Below are positions 18,824 to 30,646 of a DNA stretch of 64,000 nucleotides, piece by piece. The notes beneath the pieces were generated by a model. It had not been told where the DNA came from. It did no database searches and saw nothing but the letters and a program-made list of their open reading frames with translations. The stretch's first letter is position 1; every line of letters starts with the position of its first letter. The translations under genes were made by a program, and so were the position numbers. The DNA is taken from IMG/VR virus record IMGVR_UViG_3300047567_000019; one strand, 5' to 3'. The stretch is from an uncultured virus (IMG/VR IMGVR_UViG_3300047567_000019) (lineage: Duplodnaviria; Heunggongvirae; Uroviricota; Caudoviricetes).

Positions 18824-19241
18824 GGCCATCACCTCCGAAGCGCCCAGCGATGTAGCAGGCGTGGGAGCAATACTTCCTGCTCCGGTTCCCGTATGCCGTG
18901 AAGGACTTTCCGCAACAGGCGCAGGTAAAGGAGTAGACCGCATCAGCGTGTCTCGTGACAGCTTCCGGGTGAGCATTCCACCAGCTCTGGCAGCACTCGT
19001 CAGAGCAGAACTTGATCTGCTTCCTGCCGGGCACTTGGACGATGGGCTTTCCGCAGTTCTTGCAGCAGCCGACATCCGGCTTGTCCTTAGTAGCTTGTGT
19101 CGATTTTTCACCGGCCAGACCGTTCCTGTGGCAGAACGATACGACCTGATTCTTGGTAAGACCGAGGGTGTTTGCTATATTGGCATAACCGAATCCGGCA
19201 GTGCGGAGCTCGGTGATTTTGGCTTTCTGTTCACTGGTCAT
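18816..19241 (-). CDS. HTH plus Zn-finger protein
   Basis: GYANIANTLGL..N.V.SFC; CKNCG, FCSDECC, CACCG, YCSHAC. Confidence 0.8.
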   Translation of the reverse strand: MTSEQKAKITELRTAGFGYANIANTLGLTKNQVVSFCHRNGLAGEKSTQATKDKPDVGCCKNCGKPIVQVPGRKQIKFCSDECCQSWWNAHPEAVTRHADAVYSFTCACCGKSFTAYGNRSRKYCSHACYIAGRFGGDGHE

Positions 19242-19259
19242 GATGCTTTCACCTCCAGT

Positions 19260-19292
19260 TTCCACTGGAGATGAGGAGCCAATTTGAGCGGA
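19260..19292 (-). promoter_or_regulatory. Motif A copy 2
   Basis: ttccactggagatga-ggagcca-atttgagcgga on +; lies just past the lysin terminator. Confidence 0.75.
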
Positions 19293-19310
19293 GGATTTTT
19301 CACAGAAACG

Positions 19311-19350
19311 AAAAAAAAGCCTGCGGGCATTCCGAAGAACACTCGCAGGC
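19311..19350 (-). terminator. Intrinsic terminator after the lysin gene
   Basis: A8 plus gcctgcgg...tcgcaggc inverted repeat. Confidence 0.75.
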
Positions 19351-19366
19351 ATAGCAGATTGGATAT

Positions 19367-20839
19367 TTACTTCACGCGGATTTTCCAGCCGGTGATGATG
19401 AGGTTGACGTTCTTGATGAGCGTCGGATTGAGCTTCTGGATCGCTGCCACGCTTGTTCCGTACTTTCGAGCAATGGCAGAGAGCGTGTCGCCGGATTTCA
19501 CGGTGTACCAGACAGCAGCAGAGGCAGGCTTCTTCAATAGCTCATTGACCTTGGCTTGAACGGCTGAGTAGTCATATCCAGCAGCGGTCAGGCGGTTCTT
19601 GCGGTCGGTGCCGTTTCCCCACTTGCCGTCGATGACTTCCTTGGCAAGCTCGTCCACGTTTTTCTTAGGCGCAGCTTCCGGTGTAGGCTTGCTATCTTCA
19701 GGGCTCTCCGCATACTTCAGCACGCCATAGCCACGGATATACTTGCCGCCGACCTTAAGCGTTCGTCTGCTGACAGAGTCGCTCTTGTTGCCCTCAATGA
19801 CGGTGATGGTGCTGCCGGAGACAGTCTCAACGATACCGACATGATCCGGCCAGCCGGTATTGTCACCGGAACCGGAGTCCTGCCAGTCATAGAAAATGAC
19901 ATCTCCGGGCTTCGGAACATAGGAGTCGTTTTCATTCCATGCGCCGAGCTTCTGGAAAAGCTCAATCATCTGGCCGCAGCCGCACTCGGTAGGGATGATC
20001 CTTGTCAGGCCGCACTTGATGGAAACCGCCGAGACGAAGGTCGCGCACCATGCGTCCGTGTATTTTACCTTATATCCTCTGGCGAGAGGCTTGTGGCTGT
20101 TGTAGACATCGATAATCTCTCTGTGGCTGCCGTCCGCCTCGTTCTTTCCAAGCCATGCTCTGGCCTGAGCGATGATCTGATCTCTCTCGGAACTTACGAC
20201 AGGCGCAGGCTTGTTTTCCTTCGTATAGCCGTTGAAGCCTCCGGTCTTGATGATGGACGGATAATCGATGTAGCCATAGTCCAGATCCACGTTACCGGAG
20301 ATGCCATCGACCTTGCCCTTGGAAGAATACTGCCAGATGCCGTATTCGCCCTTATAGGAGCACTTGCTGGCGTACTGCGCTACCCAGTGCGCGTAGTCCG
20401 TGAGCTTGCTATCGTCCATCCGCTCCTTGAAACCAGAAACAACGGAGCCGTAGATGCCGACGAAGTATCCAGCAGCTTCCATTGTCTCGCAGAAAGCGAT
20501 GGTGGCCTCTGTGATCCCGGCTTTGGCAGAGGCAGGCTGTGCCTCGTTATCCATGTAGACCGGGTACTCCAGCTGCTTGCCTTTGAGGAGCTGAATGAAA
20601 CGCTCAGCATCTGCTTTTCCTGCAGCAGCCGTCACGCAGTCTTTCCCGACGAAGTAATATGCGCCGATAGGGATACCGGCAGCCTTGGCTCCCTTGTAGT
20701 TTGCTTCCCACTTGCTATCGGTATAGGTTCCTGCATCCGAGCCGCCAGCCTTGATGATGGCAAATTCGATGCCAGCGGCTTTGACCTTGTTCCAGTCTAT
20801 CGTTCCCTGCCAGTGGGATACGTCAATTCCTTTAATCAT
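19367..20839 (-). CDS. Endolysin: GH25 muramidase, CHAP, Cpl-7 repeat, LysM
   Basis: GIDVSHWQG, DNE, WQYSS; WCATFVS and HVGIV; LAKEVIDGKWGNG..RK; YTVKSGDTLSAIA. Confidence 0.92.
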   Translation of the reverse strand: MIKGIDVSHWQGTIDWNKVKAAGIEFAIIKAGGSDAGTYTDSKWEANYKGAKAAGIPIGAYYFVGKDCVTAAAGKADAERFIQLLKGKQLEYPVYMDNEAQPASAKAGITEATIAFCETMEAAGYFVGIYGSVVSGFKERMDDSKLTDYAHWVAQYASKCSYKGEYGIWQYSSKGKVDGISGNVDLDYGYIDYPSIIKTGGFNGYTKENKPAPVVSSERDQIIAQARAWLGKNEADGSHREIIDVYNSHKPLARGYKVKYTDAWCATFVSAVSIKCGLTRIIPTECGCGQMIELFQKLGAWNENDSYVPKPGDVIFYDWQDSGSGDNTGWPDHVGIVETVSGSTITVIEGNKSDSVSRRTLKVGGKYIRGYGVLKYAESPEDSKPTPEAAPKKNVDELAKEVIDGKWGNGTDRKNRLTAAGYDYSAVQAKVNELLKKPASAAVWYTVKSGDTLSAIARKYGTSVAAIQKLNPTLIKNVNLIITGWKIRVK

Positions 20840-20840
20840 G

Positions 20841-21263
20841 TCACTTGTCCTCCTTCGTATCTGTGCTCTCGCGGTCGTGGAGCTGCTCCAAGACCTCCTT
20901 CAGCTTGTCCGGAACCGGCAAACCGAGATGGACGCTGTTTTCTACAAGGGACAGTCCCTCATTCGAGATGTAGAAAAAGATGATCGCTGTCCGAAGCACT
21001 CCGGCATGGTTAAGCACATAGATGTCGAGAGCGTTTGCGATGCCGACCATAATGAAGATCAGCACCTTGCGGCAGATCCCCTTGAAGCCGACCGCCGAAG
21101 ATAGCTTCTTGTCAGCCACAGCGCACATGAAGCCGGTGATGTAGTCCGTCACGGCAAAGAGGATGAGCGCGATGAGCAGGCCGTCGCAGCCGCCAAGGAA
21201 CCAGCCGAGCCAGCCTCCGATAGCAGCAAAAGCAAATTGAATGGTGTTCCAGAATTCTTTCAT
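20841..21263 (-). CDS. Phage holin
   Basis: DYITG, S..GFKGICRK, NEGLSLVEN..LGLPVP. Confidence 0.9.
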   Translation of the reverse strand: MKEFWNTIQFAFAAIGGWLGWFLGGCDGLLIALILFAVTDYITGFMCAVADKKLSSAVGFKGICRKVLIFIMVGIANALDIYVLNHAGVLRTAIIFFYISNEGLSLVENSVHLGLPVPDKLKEVLEQLHDRESTDTKEDK

Positions 21264-21338
21264 GTCGTGATTCCTCCTTTGAATTTGTGCATGAAAAAAG
21301 CAGCTGCCACTGTGGCGCTGCCTCCATAAAAAAACGGG

Positions 21339-22145
21339 TTACAGGTTGTAGTATTCTCTTGGCTTTCCTCCGCTTCCTGTGCGGTTTGCATAGGAGTAGA
21401 GGTTATTGAAAATCACATCCGTATCGTCGTATCGGTCGACCAGCTTATAGCAGGAAACATACGGGTCGAAATAACCGAGGTCTTCCGGTTCGATATAAGC
21501 GGACTGTTGTTTTCCTTTGGCAAGAAGCGCCGTGCAGCTTGCGCAGATCCTTTCGGATTCCTTGCTGTAGGCCTCCGGGTTATCCGGATGCAAAAACCAG
21601 TGCGCGTCATGCCATTTGCAGTCATGGAAGCAGGCGCTGTTTGCGATCATGGTGTATTGATGGCCTGCCGGAAGCAGAGAAAGAGCGTCCAAGTGTCTCG
21701 CAAACCAGTGGAAAAGTACGATGCGGTCATACATCGAAAAGTCGCCGGTCTGGAGTTCTTCAAGCGTCAGCGCCCGCGTGATGGAAAGAGTCAGTCGTAT
21801 CTCCGGATATTCCTGCTTGATCCTTGCGGCCAGCTTGTCATCGTTTAGGATGAACTGATGGATGCCAAGGGAGCGGTATTTCCGGATCATGGTGATGTTC
21901 GCCTTCTTCTGGGCGAGGATACAGACCGGAATACCAAGAGCCAGCAGGGCTTTGATGCGCGAGGCATATTCCTCATAGGACTTCGGGTAGTTGTCCCGGT
22001 AGGTGATATCAAAGCGGGTGTTTTCGCAGTCGTCCTTCCAAGCAGCAGCATAGATGCAGTCGATATAGGGAATCAGGGCTGGCCGCTGCAGGAGCTTTTC
22101 CGGGTATTCCGGGTCAAGGTTATATGGCACTTCAAACTGTTTCAT
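21339..22145 (-). CDS. U32 peptidase-like / Fe-S TIM-barrel protein
   Basis: LSIT motif, ANSACFHDC...H, a further Cys, KLVDR near the C-terminus. Confidence 0.55.
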   Translation of the reverse strand: MKQFEVPYNLDPEYPEKLLQRPALIPYIDCIYAAAWKDDCENTRFDITYRDNYPKSYEEYASRIKALLALGIPVCILAQKKANITMIRKYRSLGIHQFILNDDKLAARIKQEYPEIRLTLSITRALTLEELQTGDFSMYDRIVLFHWFARHLDALSLLPAGHQYTMIANSACFHDCKWHDAHWFLHPDNPEAYSKESERICASCTALLAKGKQQSAYIEPEDLGYFDPYVSCYKLVDRYDDTDVIFNNLYSYANRTGSGGKPREYYNL

Positions 22146-23560
22146 GCTTCCTCCGTTTCCGTCAGCGTATAAGTGATTTTCATTGTTTTATCCGCTGTCT
22201 TGATTACCGGCGATGACAGGTTGTTGATGGTGGCGAGATATGGTGTGTACAAATAAAGCTCCTTGCGGAAGTGGTATCCGTAGTAGCTGTAGAAGTATTC
22301 CTGATAGGCGTAGGTCTTGTACCGGGAGATCATGCGCTGTCCCCATACCTCACCGTCCGTATTTGTGGCCTTGTTTCGCACATAGAGCTTTGGCTCTCCG
22401 TTGTGGAAATACCAGCCGTTTATGACCACATCGTCATCCACGCAGAAGGTGAACTGCTGCGCATTGTTATAGGCGACATTCGGCACGACCTCGACATTGG
22501 CCACGTTCGTGGTATCGAGGCGGTAGACCGTATTTCCGATGGCAAACATCAGCCATTTGCCGCTCATGCCGATGTTGTAGATATCCGTGGTATTAGAAGG
22601 AAGCACGATCTTCTGTGTCGTACACCTGCCGTCGCTGATCTTATCCATGAACCACTCAAAGCCGGTGCGGTCGTAACGCTCCGAGCCATAACTCATGCCG
22701 ACATAAGTGCGGATTTCCTTTCTGGCGATGCCGTACCAGTTGCCGTCCGCAGCGTGAAAAAGATAATCCATCCGGGTTTCGTCGTTCCAATAGGGCTCGT
22801 CCGTATCATCCTTGCTGCCGCCGACGAAATGCACCCAGTAAGGATAGTGGTTCAATTCGACGGTGGTTTCCTCTGCTGGCCTCAAACGCCATCTGCGTGA
22901 AAGTCCGGATCATAAGCCGGGCGTGGATATAATCCTCCGGGACTTTCCGAAGCGTCACGGATGTCTGATTATGGATCGCCACAAGCTCCAGCCGGTAGCC
23001 CTCGCCGATGAAGGTTCCTGTGGTTATGGCGGTAGTTGTTGTTATTGATGTCGCCATCGTTTATATTGTTGGACTTCAGCAGCACAAAGTAGTTGTTGGT
23101 GTACTTGCAGCCGCGTCCGGCGAGGATATTCGTGAGAGCAAATGCAGGAGATGGTGCCGTTGGCCTGCGAGGTAGCAAAGTCCCAGACATACTTAAAGCC
23201 GCCATCGACCGCCTTGCTCTCGGTTAGGTTCCGGCTGCCACGCTGCACGTCCTCTGTGGTATTTACATCGTTGGAGGCGTAACCGACCAGAGGGTTATCG
23301 AGCGGAGCATAAATCAGAGTCGGGTCTTCCTCAATCTCATTCTGGTAGAGAAGGACGCCGCCCGTAAGTCTTGAATAGATCGGAAGGAGCCAAGCCTCTC
23401 CGCTTTGACTGTCGAAGCTGGGACTGTCGTACATCAAGCCCTGCAGGTTGGTGTTTAAGACATCAAAAACGGCCTCCGTTACAAGGTTCTCATCCTCATA
23501 TATTTCTTTCTCACCGGTATGGATGTTGGTGAGCTCTATAACGCTTTTTCCTTTGAGCAT
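22142..23560 (-). CDS. Tail/receptor-binding-type protein (frameshifted near 23130 and 22880)
   Basis: MLKGKSVIELT..; YVWDFATSQANGTI; C-terminal TPYLATINNL..PVIKT..KTMKITYTLTE. Confidence 0.7.
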
Positions 23561-23562
23561 AC

Positions 23563-24674
23563 TCATTCCTCCGTGTTCAGATAGTCTGTGGTGATGGATC
23601 GCACGAATCCATACTCGCCGCTGATGATAATGCGGTACATCAGCTGACCGGTGATGGCTTTCTGCGACCATGCATCCGTGCTGATTGCTTCAAGCGCTGC
23701 CTTAGTCATGCCGGACTGTTCTTCGGAAAGAGCTGCCCATGTGTTATTGGCATATGTCCACCATGTTTCTCCGGCATCAAAGGAAACGGCAAAGAGCGCG
23801 GCATCGTCCGCATCGACAGTGACCTTTTCAATGCCAATGATCGAGGCGTCGGACATATCGATGTTTTCCGAGTAGATCGTCTGCGGTTTCGGGATGCCGG
23901 AAAAGGACGCTCGAAACGGCGGGAACCGGTTCTGGGAATCGTGCCAGTACAGGATCGTCGGGTCGGTCAGTGTCAGAAGCAAAGCACCGTCCGGGATATC
24001 CTGTACGCCGTAGGTCTCAAAAACCTCTGCAGAAAGCTCTGTCTCTGCAAGCCTTAAGAGCGCTCCGCCCTCAACGGTATAAAGATCTCCGTTGGCATCC
24101 GTGATAAGGTACCGGCGGTTGTACGGGTCGAGCAGCACAGGGAGCGTATTGCCGAGCGAAGGAAAGCCGTCCCGGTATCATCCTGATGCAGAAAGGTGAT
24201 GGTCGTTCCAGCTGCCGGTGTGAAGGAGATATTCCCGGAGCCAGTTACGAGAACGCACTCTCCGAAGTAGGAAGTGTTCGTAGGTACGGTCTCAAAATTC
24301 AGGACGATGTCGCCGGTATCGAGAAGCAGCAGATCCCAGACGAGCCTTACATCCGCACTGGTTGCGCTGTAATTCGTATAGCCCTCCCAGCGGATACGAA
24401 GGAAGTTGTAGTAGCCGTAGATCGTGCCTTCCTCGCGTCGGATCGTCCAGACCTTGGCATCCCGGCGATGGACTTTTACCTGTTCTGCGTTTGTGCCGAT
24501 GCCCATCCATGAGTTTCCGTTCACATAGATGTTCGCAGCTGTGACGCCGTTATAGGTAAACCAGCTGACGCCGGTCAGGGTATCGGTGCCGTCATCGTTT
24601 CCGGAGTTGTTCCGGGTGATGGTCATATTATCAGTGCCTGAAAGCACTTCTTGGATAGAGAAATAATCAGCCAT
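23563..24674 (-). CDS. Putative minor tail protein (frameshift ~24140)
   Basis: Two overlapping ORFs join into one reading; position in the tail module. Confidence 0.6.
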
Positions 24675-26941
24675 TTTGCACCTCCAGTTCTGATATGCTT
24701 TCAAAGGCTCCAAGGCCGAGGTGGTATGCCGCAAGGCTTCCACGCTCGATCTCTTGAAGCTCGCCTTCGATGGTTTCGCTGTATTCTGTCTTTGGCTTTA
24801 CGCAGTCGTCATCAAGCTCGGTATAAGCGGTCTTTATGAGCTTCTTTGCCGGAAGGTTTATGCCTCCGATAAAAGGCTCCGTCTCAAACGGAAGGATCAC
24901 AAGGCCGGTTAGAGACACGAAGTCCGAAGTGGAGATCGTAAGTGAATCCATCCGGCCACGGTCAAGGCTTCGCTCGGTGCCGCCGGAAATCTCAAAGGAC
25001 TGCCGGAGCCGGAAATCCGTATCGTCCATGACATAGACCCGGCTGTAGGACATTTTCCGCTTGTCGCTTACATCCACCACGTCGTGGACGACAGGAGCAA
25101 AGATGCGAAGTGCATCCGAAAGCGTGTAAAGCGGCATGCCGGAAAGCAGCACCTTTGAAATGGCATCGGAGCTTCCTGCTGGTGTTGGCGTAATCAGCCT
25201 CGTTTCCACGGAGCCCTCCAAGGCCAGATGTTGCATACCGGATAGCAGGATCATGGTCATATCGTCGCTTGCCGTAATGCGTCCGTCCCATCTGTCCTGT
25301 GCGCCCAAGCCCTGACCTGAGATGACTGCGAGGATGTTCTGCGCGGCTATCGCAGCAGAGCCGGAGCCGACAGAAATCCAGACCTCGAAGGTGTGCAGCA
25401 TCTTTTCTGCCATATCAAGGAGTGGATAGAACAGATTTAGGACATGCATCCCGGAGTGCCATGTTTCCTGCGGATGGAACTCCGCTACCTCCGTACCGTC
25501 CTTGACATAGGTGACCGTGATATGAGCCTGTCCGTCCTCGTCCCATTCGACAGGAACCGTGACGGTGGTGGCAAGCTCCCGGTCAGTGGTAACAGTCTCA
25601 TTCGTCTCTTCGTTGGTGGATTCCTCCGGAAGTATCGTCGTTCCTGTGCCTTCTGCGGTAACGGAGCGATCCACAGGGTTTGCCGTGACGTTCATGAGGA
25701 TCGCGGCTTTGAACTCACAATCCGTTTCCTCCTGCGTTGCAAACTCGATGTTTACGATCTGTACCCGTTCTTCGCCAAGGGTATAGGGCATCGAATTGAT
25801 GTAGGAGTAGGTTGCCATTTTCGTGGCTTCAACGGAGTTCATCAGACCGCTAATGTTCTTATCGTTTTTGCTTTTCGCTTCTGCAAGGCGAGGGTTCTTT
25901 CCTACGCACTTTAAGGAGCACTTCCCGTTGATTTTTATGGTGATGGAGGTGATTGCCGCCATCTGGGAAGCGTCTGCCTGCCCGCCGGTGAAAACGAGCA
26001 CATCGCCGGGATCGAGTGCCGGGTCCCCGATGGTCTCGGAATCGAACGGCACATAGTTTATGACCGAGATGGTATTAAGGAGCGTGGTCAGAATCCGCCG
26101 CCTCGTTTCCTCAAGACCGAACTGCAGGAGGTAGTTGACCTCAAGGTTCATGGTCAATCCATCGTCCGGGTCAAGGGAATAATACTCGGCGGTTTCCGTC
26201 CGCTTATTTGTGGAATTGATCGCCGTATAGCGCGTCACAAAATCCGAAAAGCTGGAGGAATACCGATGGGTATTGTTTATCGTGACCGCAGGCTCCGCCG
26301 TATACTGCACGAGCACCAGCTTTCCTTCCCGGTTGATCTGGGCAAAACAGCCGAGCGCCTGCGCCAGATAGTGCAGAAAATCACGCCAAGTCTCGATGTC
26401 GTTTTCCGGGTAGATGCCAAGAAGCTCCGTGCCGTTTGGCAGGGCTTCGATTTCTGCCTGCGTCTGGGCAAGCTCCACACCGCAGGTGGTACACATGACA
26501 GAGAGAAAGTCATAAGGATAGCCGCTGGACTGCGCCTCGTTGTATTCCTTATCGAAGTTCAGCATGGCATCGTAAGCTTTAAGTTCGAGCGTTTTTACCT
26601 GTCGGTTCGCCTCGGCCACATAGAAGATGCCCATCGGGACATCCTCGACCACGCCGCCCGGAAGGTTCAGGTGGAAATACAGCCTGACCTCTGCGTTCTC
26701 CAAGTGAGTAGCGGTCGACACTTGAAAAAAGAGAAATGCCCAGCTCCGCAGCAAAGACGGAGCCGAGCTCGATTTCAGAGGAACCGGAACATTGACGGGA
26801 GACATACCCGGAGCCCTTTACGATGTCCTCGTTTGTGAAAGGGTATTCTCGACCGGCGGTCGTGGTGATCTTCCCAGACCATGTGAAGGAGCGGGTGTTT
26901 TCCTGTATCGCTGTTTTATATGCGTCTGATACGCTGTACAT
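24667..26941 (-). CDS. Tail/baseplate hub-like protein (frameshift ~26700)
   Basis: MYSVSDAYK..., EIELGSV, VPMGIFYV, GDPALDPGD; position after the tape measure. Confidence 0.7.
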
Positions 26942-26959
26942 GAGAATCGCTCCTTCCCG

Positions 26960-27322
26960 TTAATATTCCTTCAGCGTGAAGCTGACCTTCCATAAGCCCT
27001 TATTACTGGTGTCATGGGCAAGGGAAACCTTGAAACCGTCCATATACATCTCGCGGTTTTCCCTGACCATCGTCTCTGTATTGAAAAAGTCCACGGAGAG
27101 CCGAGGAAGGCTCCGCATCGCAGACAGGGTTTTAAGCCATGCGGGAGACACCTGAAAGGCCACGGATATTTCTGCCACGCCGGAACGGACAATATCCCTC
27201 TGGGTAGTGCCTGCCTCGGTCTCTCCGGAAGAATCTGCCTCCACATCGGTAAGAGATAAATCGTATGAAGTCGGAAGCGGCATCTCCGTGCCGTCAATCC
27301 GCAGATATTTTGTAAATGCCAT
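26960..27322 (-). CDS. Distal-tail-like protein
   Basis: GETEAGTTQRD; C-terminal VSFTLKEY; directly follows the tape measure. Confidence 0.6.
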   Translation of the reverse strand: MAFTKYLRIDGTEMPLPTSYDLSLTDVEADSSGETEAGTTQRDIVRSGVAEISVAFQVSPAWLKTLSAMRSLPRLSVDFFNTETMVRENREMYMDGFKVSLAHDTSNKGLWKVSFTLKEY

Positions 27323-30083
27323 CATCTGCCTCCTGACCGGAGCGCCATCCGCTGCTGGGCTGTGACAATCGTCTCGTCAAGCAACGTGCCTCCAAGATAA
27401 ACCGGGATGGTGATATCGCCTCCGCCGCCGACTCCTGCAAGAGCGGTAACGATAGCCGAGGTCTGTCCGGCCACGGCATCCTGAATCATCCCGCGAAGGG
27501 AATCGACGCCTACCACAGCCTCGGCACCGGCTTCTCCTCCGCCGAGAAGGTTTCCGTTCTTATATCCGAAGATGGTCGGCGAGTTCAGTATCATGCCGTT
27601 TCCCATCGCCTTCTTGTACCATTCCACAGAAAAATGCGGGATAGACGGCGGGTTTAGAGAGAAGCTCCCGGAGATGGAGAAGTGCGGCAGTTTGATCTTT
27701 GGCAGCTCCCAGTGGAAGTTGAATACGTTCTTCAGCTTGTTCACGATGCCGGAAATAAAGTTCCAGATCCCGTTGAACACATTAGAGACGGTATTCTTGA
27801 TGCCGTTTAGGACATTCGATATCGTATTTTCTTTATGGCGTTGAAGGCTGTGGTGATGCCGTTTTTCACGGTATTTACCACAGTCATGATGGTGGTCTTT
27901 ATCCCGTTCCAGACCGTAGATGACCACAGTTTTTATGGCATTCATCACAGTAGTGACCGCTAGTCTTTATGGCATTCCATGCCGTGGTGATGAAGGTCTG
28001 GATGCCGTCACGACTGTTGTGACAACACGGTTTTTATAGCGTTCCAAACCGTAGTAACCACGAGTCTTTATCACATTCAGGACGGTTTCGATGATCGTCT
28101 TGTAGATATTGAAATAGGTGGTGACTACAAGTTTTGATTGCATTGAAAACGGTCTCAAAAACAGCTCTTGATGGCATTCCAGATCGTTTCAAAGATAACC
28201 GTCTTTATGGCATTGAATCACCGTCTGCAACCGTAGTTGTGATCGCGGTCCAAGCATTTGTAAGGAAGGTGCTGATTGCCGTTTGCCACAGCTGCTTCGA
28301 AGATGTTCTTGATTGCCTCCCATATACAGTGGACGAAGAAGCTCTTGATCGCCTCCCATGCCGTAATGGCACGGCCTGCTTGATGTTTTCCCACAGGTCG
28401 ATCCAGAACTGCCTCTGAAGCCTTCGTTCGTGTTCCAAAGATAGATGAAACGCAGCTACCAGCAGGCCGCAATGGCAGCGTAATGATTAGGACGATAGGA
28501 TTTGCCAGCATGGTCAGCGTTCAGAGCAGCCATCGCGCCTTTTACTACCGCCGATAGCAGCAGGAAACCTGCGGTATGATCGTCATAATCGTGCCGACCG
28601 CGAGATGATAACTTTCCGACCACCACCAGAATCGGGCCGATAGCAGCAGCCACAAGTGCGATCTTTACAATCGTCTGCTGATACCGGAGCCGGAATCTTG
28701 CTCCACATTTCAGCAAATGCCTTCAGGGCTGCGGAGATATCCTTTAAGACAGGAGCGAGAACGGTAGCGAGGCTGTTTCCAATGTCCGCGCCGGTTTCCT
28801 TCAGGGAGTTCATGGTCATCTGAACTGGTCAATCGGGTCGAGGGTCTCATTGAAGGTGTTCTCGACGCTTCCTTCAAAGTCACCGAGGTGCCGGAAGGTC
28901 ATCAAGGTTCAGTTTCCCGGTCTGCACGGCATTGTAAATGGCTGCACCTGCCTTGCTTCCGAAACAGGTCATAGGCCGCCTGCAGCTTTTCGGTTCCGAG
29001 CCGTTCCTTTCATGGTGTCTGGGAGAAATCCGCTTGCCTGATCCAGCGTTTTGCCGTCTTCGTCGCATTCTTCATGGCGGTCTTAAGACCCATCATGGCG
29101 GATGAGGTATCAAGACCGGACATTTCCACCATGCCCATAAATCCTGCGGCCTGCTGGGCGGTAAGTCCCATTTCCTTTAGCTGCGCGGCATTGGAGGAAA
29201 GAGTCCCGCCAGCGTGTCCATATCAATGCCGGTCGCCTGACCGGTGGCGTTTAAGCGCATCAAGAAGGGATCTGCCTCAGATCGCGTCCATACCGAAGGC
29301 GTTCATGACGGAGGACACGTTGTCGACGGATGTGGAAACATCGGTGTCGTTGAGCTGGGCAAACTTGATGAATTTTGCAGAGAGATCATCCAGCGCCTGC
29401 CCGGTTAAGCCGAAACCGGGTGTTGACCTCGCCGACAGCAGCACCGGCAGTTTCAAAGTCCGTCGGTATCTCGCGTGGCGAGGTCTTTGACGATCTGGTT
29501 CATGTCTTCGAGAGCTTTGACCGGTAGCGCCGGTTTTCTGCGCCACGATATCAAGCCCGGCATCCACCTCATTAAAGGCAGCAAGGGAAGCAGCGCCGAT
29601 GGCGGCAATCGGAGCCGTCACACCGTGGTCAGGGATTCTGTGCCGACATCCGATATCTTGCCGCCGACTTCCTGCAGCTTGGCTTCCGGTCTGCTTTAAG
29701 TGTGGCTGAGATATGGAGGAGTCTGTTTCTTTGCACTGCTGTTCGAGGTTTTTGAGTTCGTTTTCGGTCTCTATGATCTCACGCTGCCATGCATCGTACT
29801 GCTGCTGGGTGACGGTACCGTTTTTGAGGCCAGCATCCATCTGGTCCTGCACGGACTTCAGCTGTGTGAGCTTATCCTTCGTTTCGGAGACCGCCTGTTT
29901 AAGGAGCTTCTGCTTCTGCTCAAGCAGCGTGGTATTCGTCGGGTCGAGCTTAAGGAGCTTATTGACGTCCTTCAGCTGCGACTGCGTGTTTTTGATTTCC
30001 TTGTTTACGCCGGAGAGCGCTTTGGAAAGGCCGGTCGTATCGCCGCCGATTTCCACGGTTATGCCTTTTATTCTGTCAGCCAT
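27322..30083 (-). CDS. Tape measure protein (many indels)
   Basis: MADRIKGITVEIGGDTTGL; Trp-periodic amphipathic repeats; C-terminal LPKIKLPHF, WYKKA, GEAGAEAV. Confidence 0.9.
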
Positions 30084-30102
30084 GCGATGACCTCCTTCCT
30101 GT

Positions 30103-30635
30103 TAAAATCGATCCATCTGCTCCTGCGTTGCGACCTCGGGATAGGATAATCGTCGTTGCTCATTTCTGCATACATGTCGTTGACAGTCCCGATGGTGAGC
30201 AGGTCGAGCTCCGAGATGGAAAGCCCGATCTGCACGCATCGGAGCAAAAAGAGCGGGGTCGTCATTTCCCGCTCTGTCGCGATGCTGTTTTTTTTAGAGG
30301 TAACCTGCTGTTCCACATTCAGTCCCCACAGCTCGATGATCTGCGGCAGAATCTCGTAGATCGAGAAGGTATTAAACTGGTCGAGCCAGTCCTCCGGAGT
30401 ATCCGGGACATCTTTCTGGTGCTTTGCCATGAGCCACGCGATGTTCTCGAAAAGCTCCAGAGAAGGTGTCCAGATTAGAGTTTTCCGGATCGTTTTCGTC
30501 GATGCCTTTCTGCAGCTCGTTCAAGTCCTTGTAGATGTCCCGGTGAAACTTGTTTCTGTAAAGACGAGGGATGGCGGCAGAGGCGCGGAAGGTGACCTCC
30601 TTGCCGTCAATCTCGACGGTTTTTGTTACTGCCAT
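30103..30635 (-). CDS. Tail assembly chaperone G/GT pair (frameshifted)
   Basis: FRASAAIPRLYR..F, WLDQF..FSIY.ILP, then SKKN at an A-run and MTTPLFLLRC. Confidence 0.7.
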
Positions 30636-30646
30636 AGTGCGCCTCC

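Noticed and set aside
22142..23200. Asn/Tyr (AAC/TAC)-rich tail gene suggesting a diversity-generating retroelement target
   Set aside because: I found no reverse transcriptase, Avd or template repeat in the window.
27780..28440. Periodic repeats
   Set aside because: Ordinary Trp-periodic repeats of the tape measure protein.
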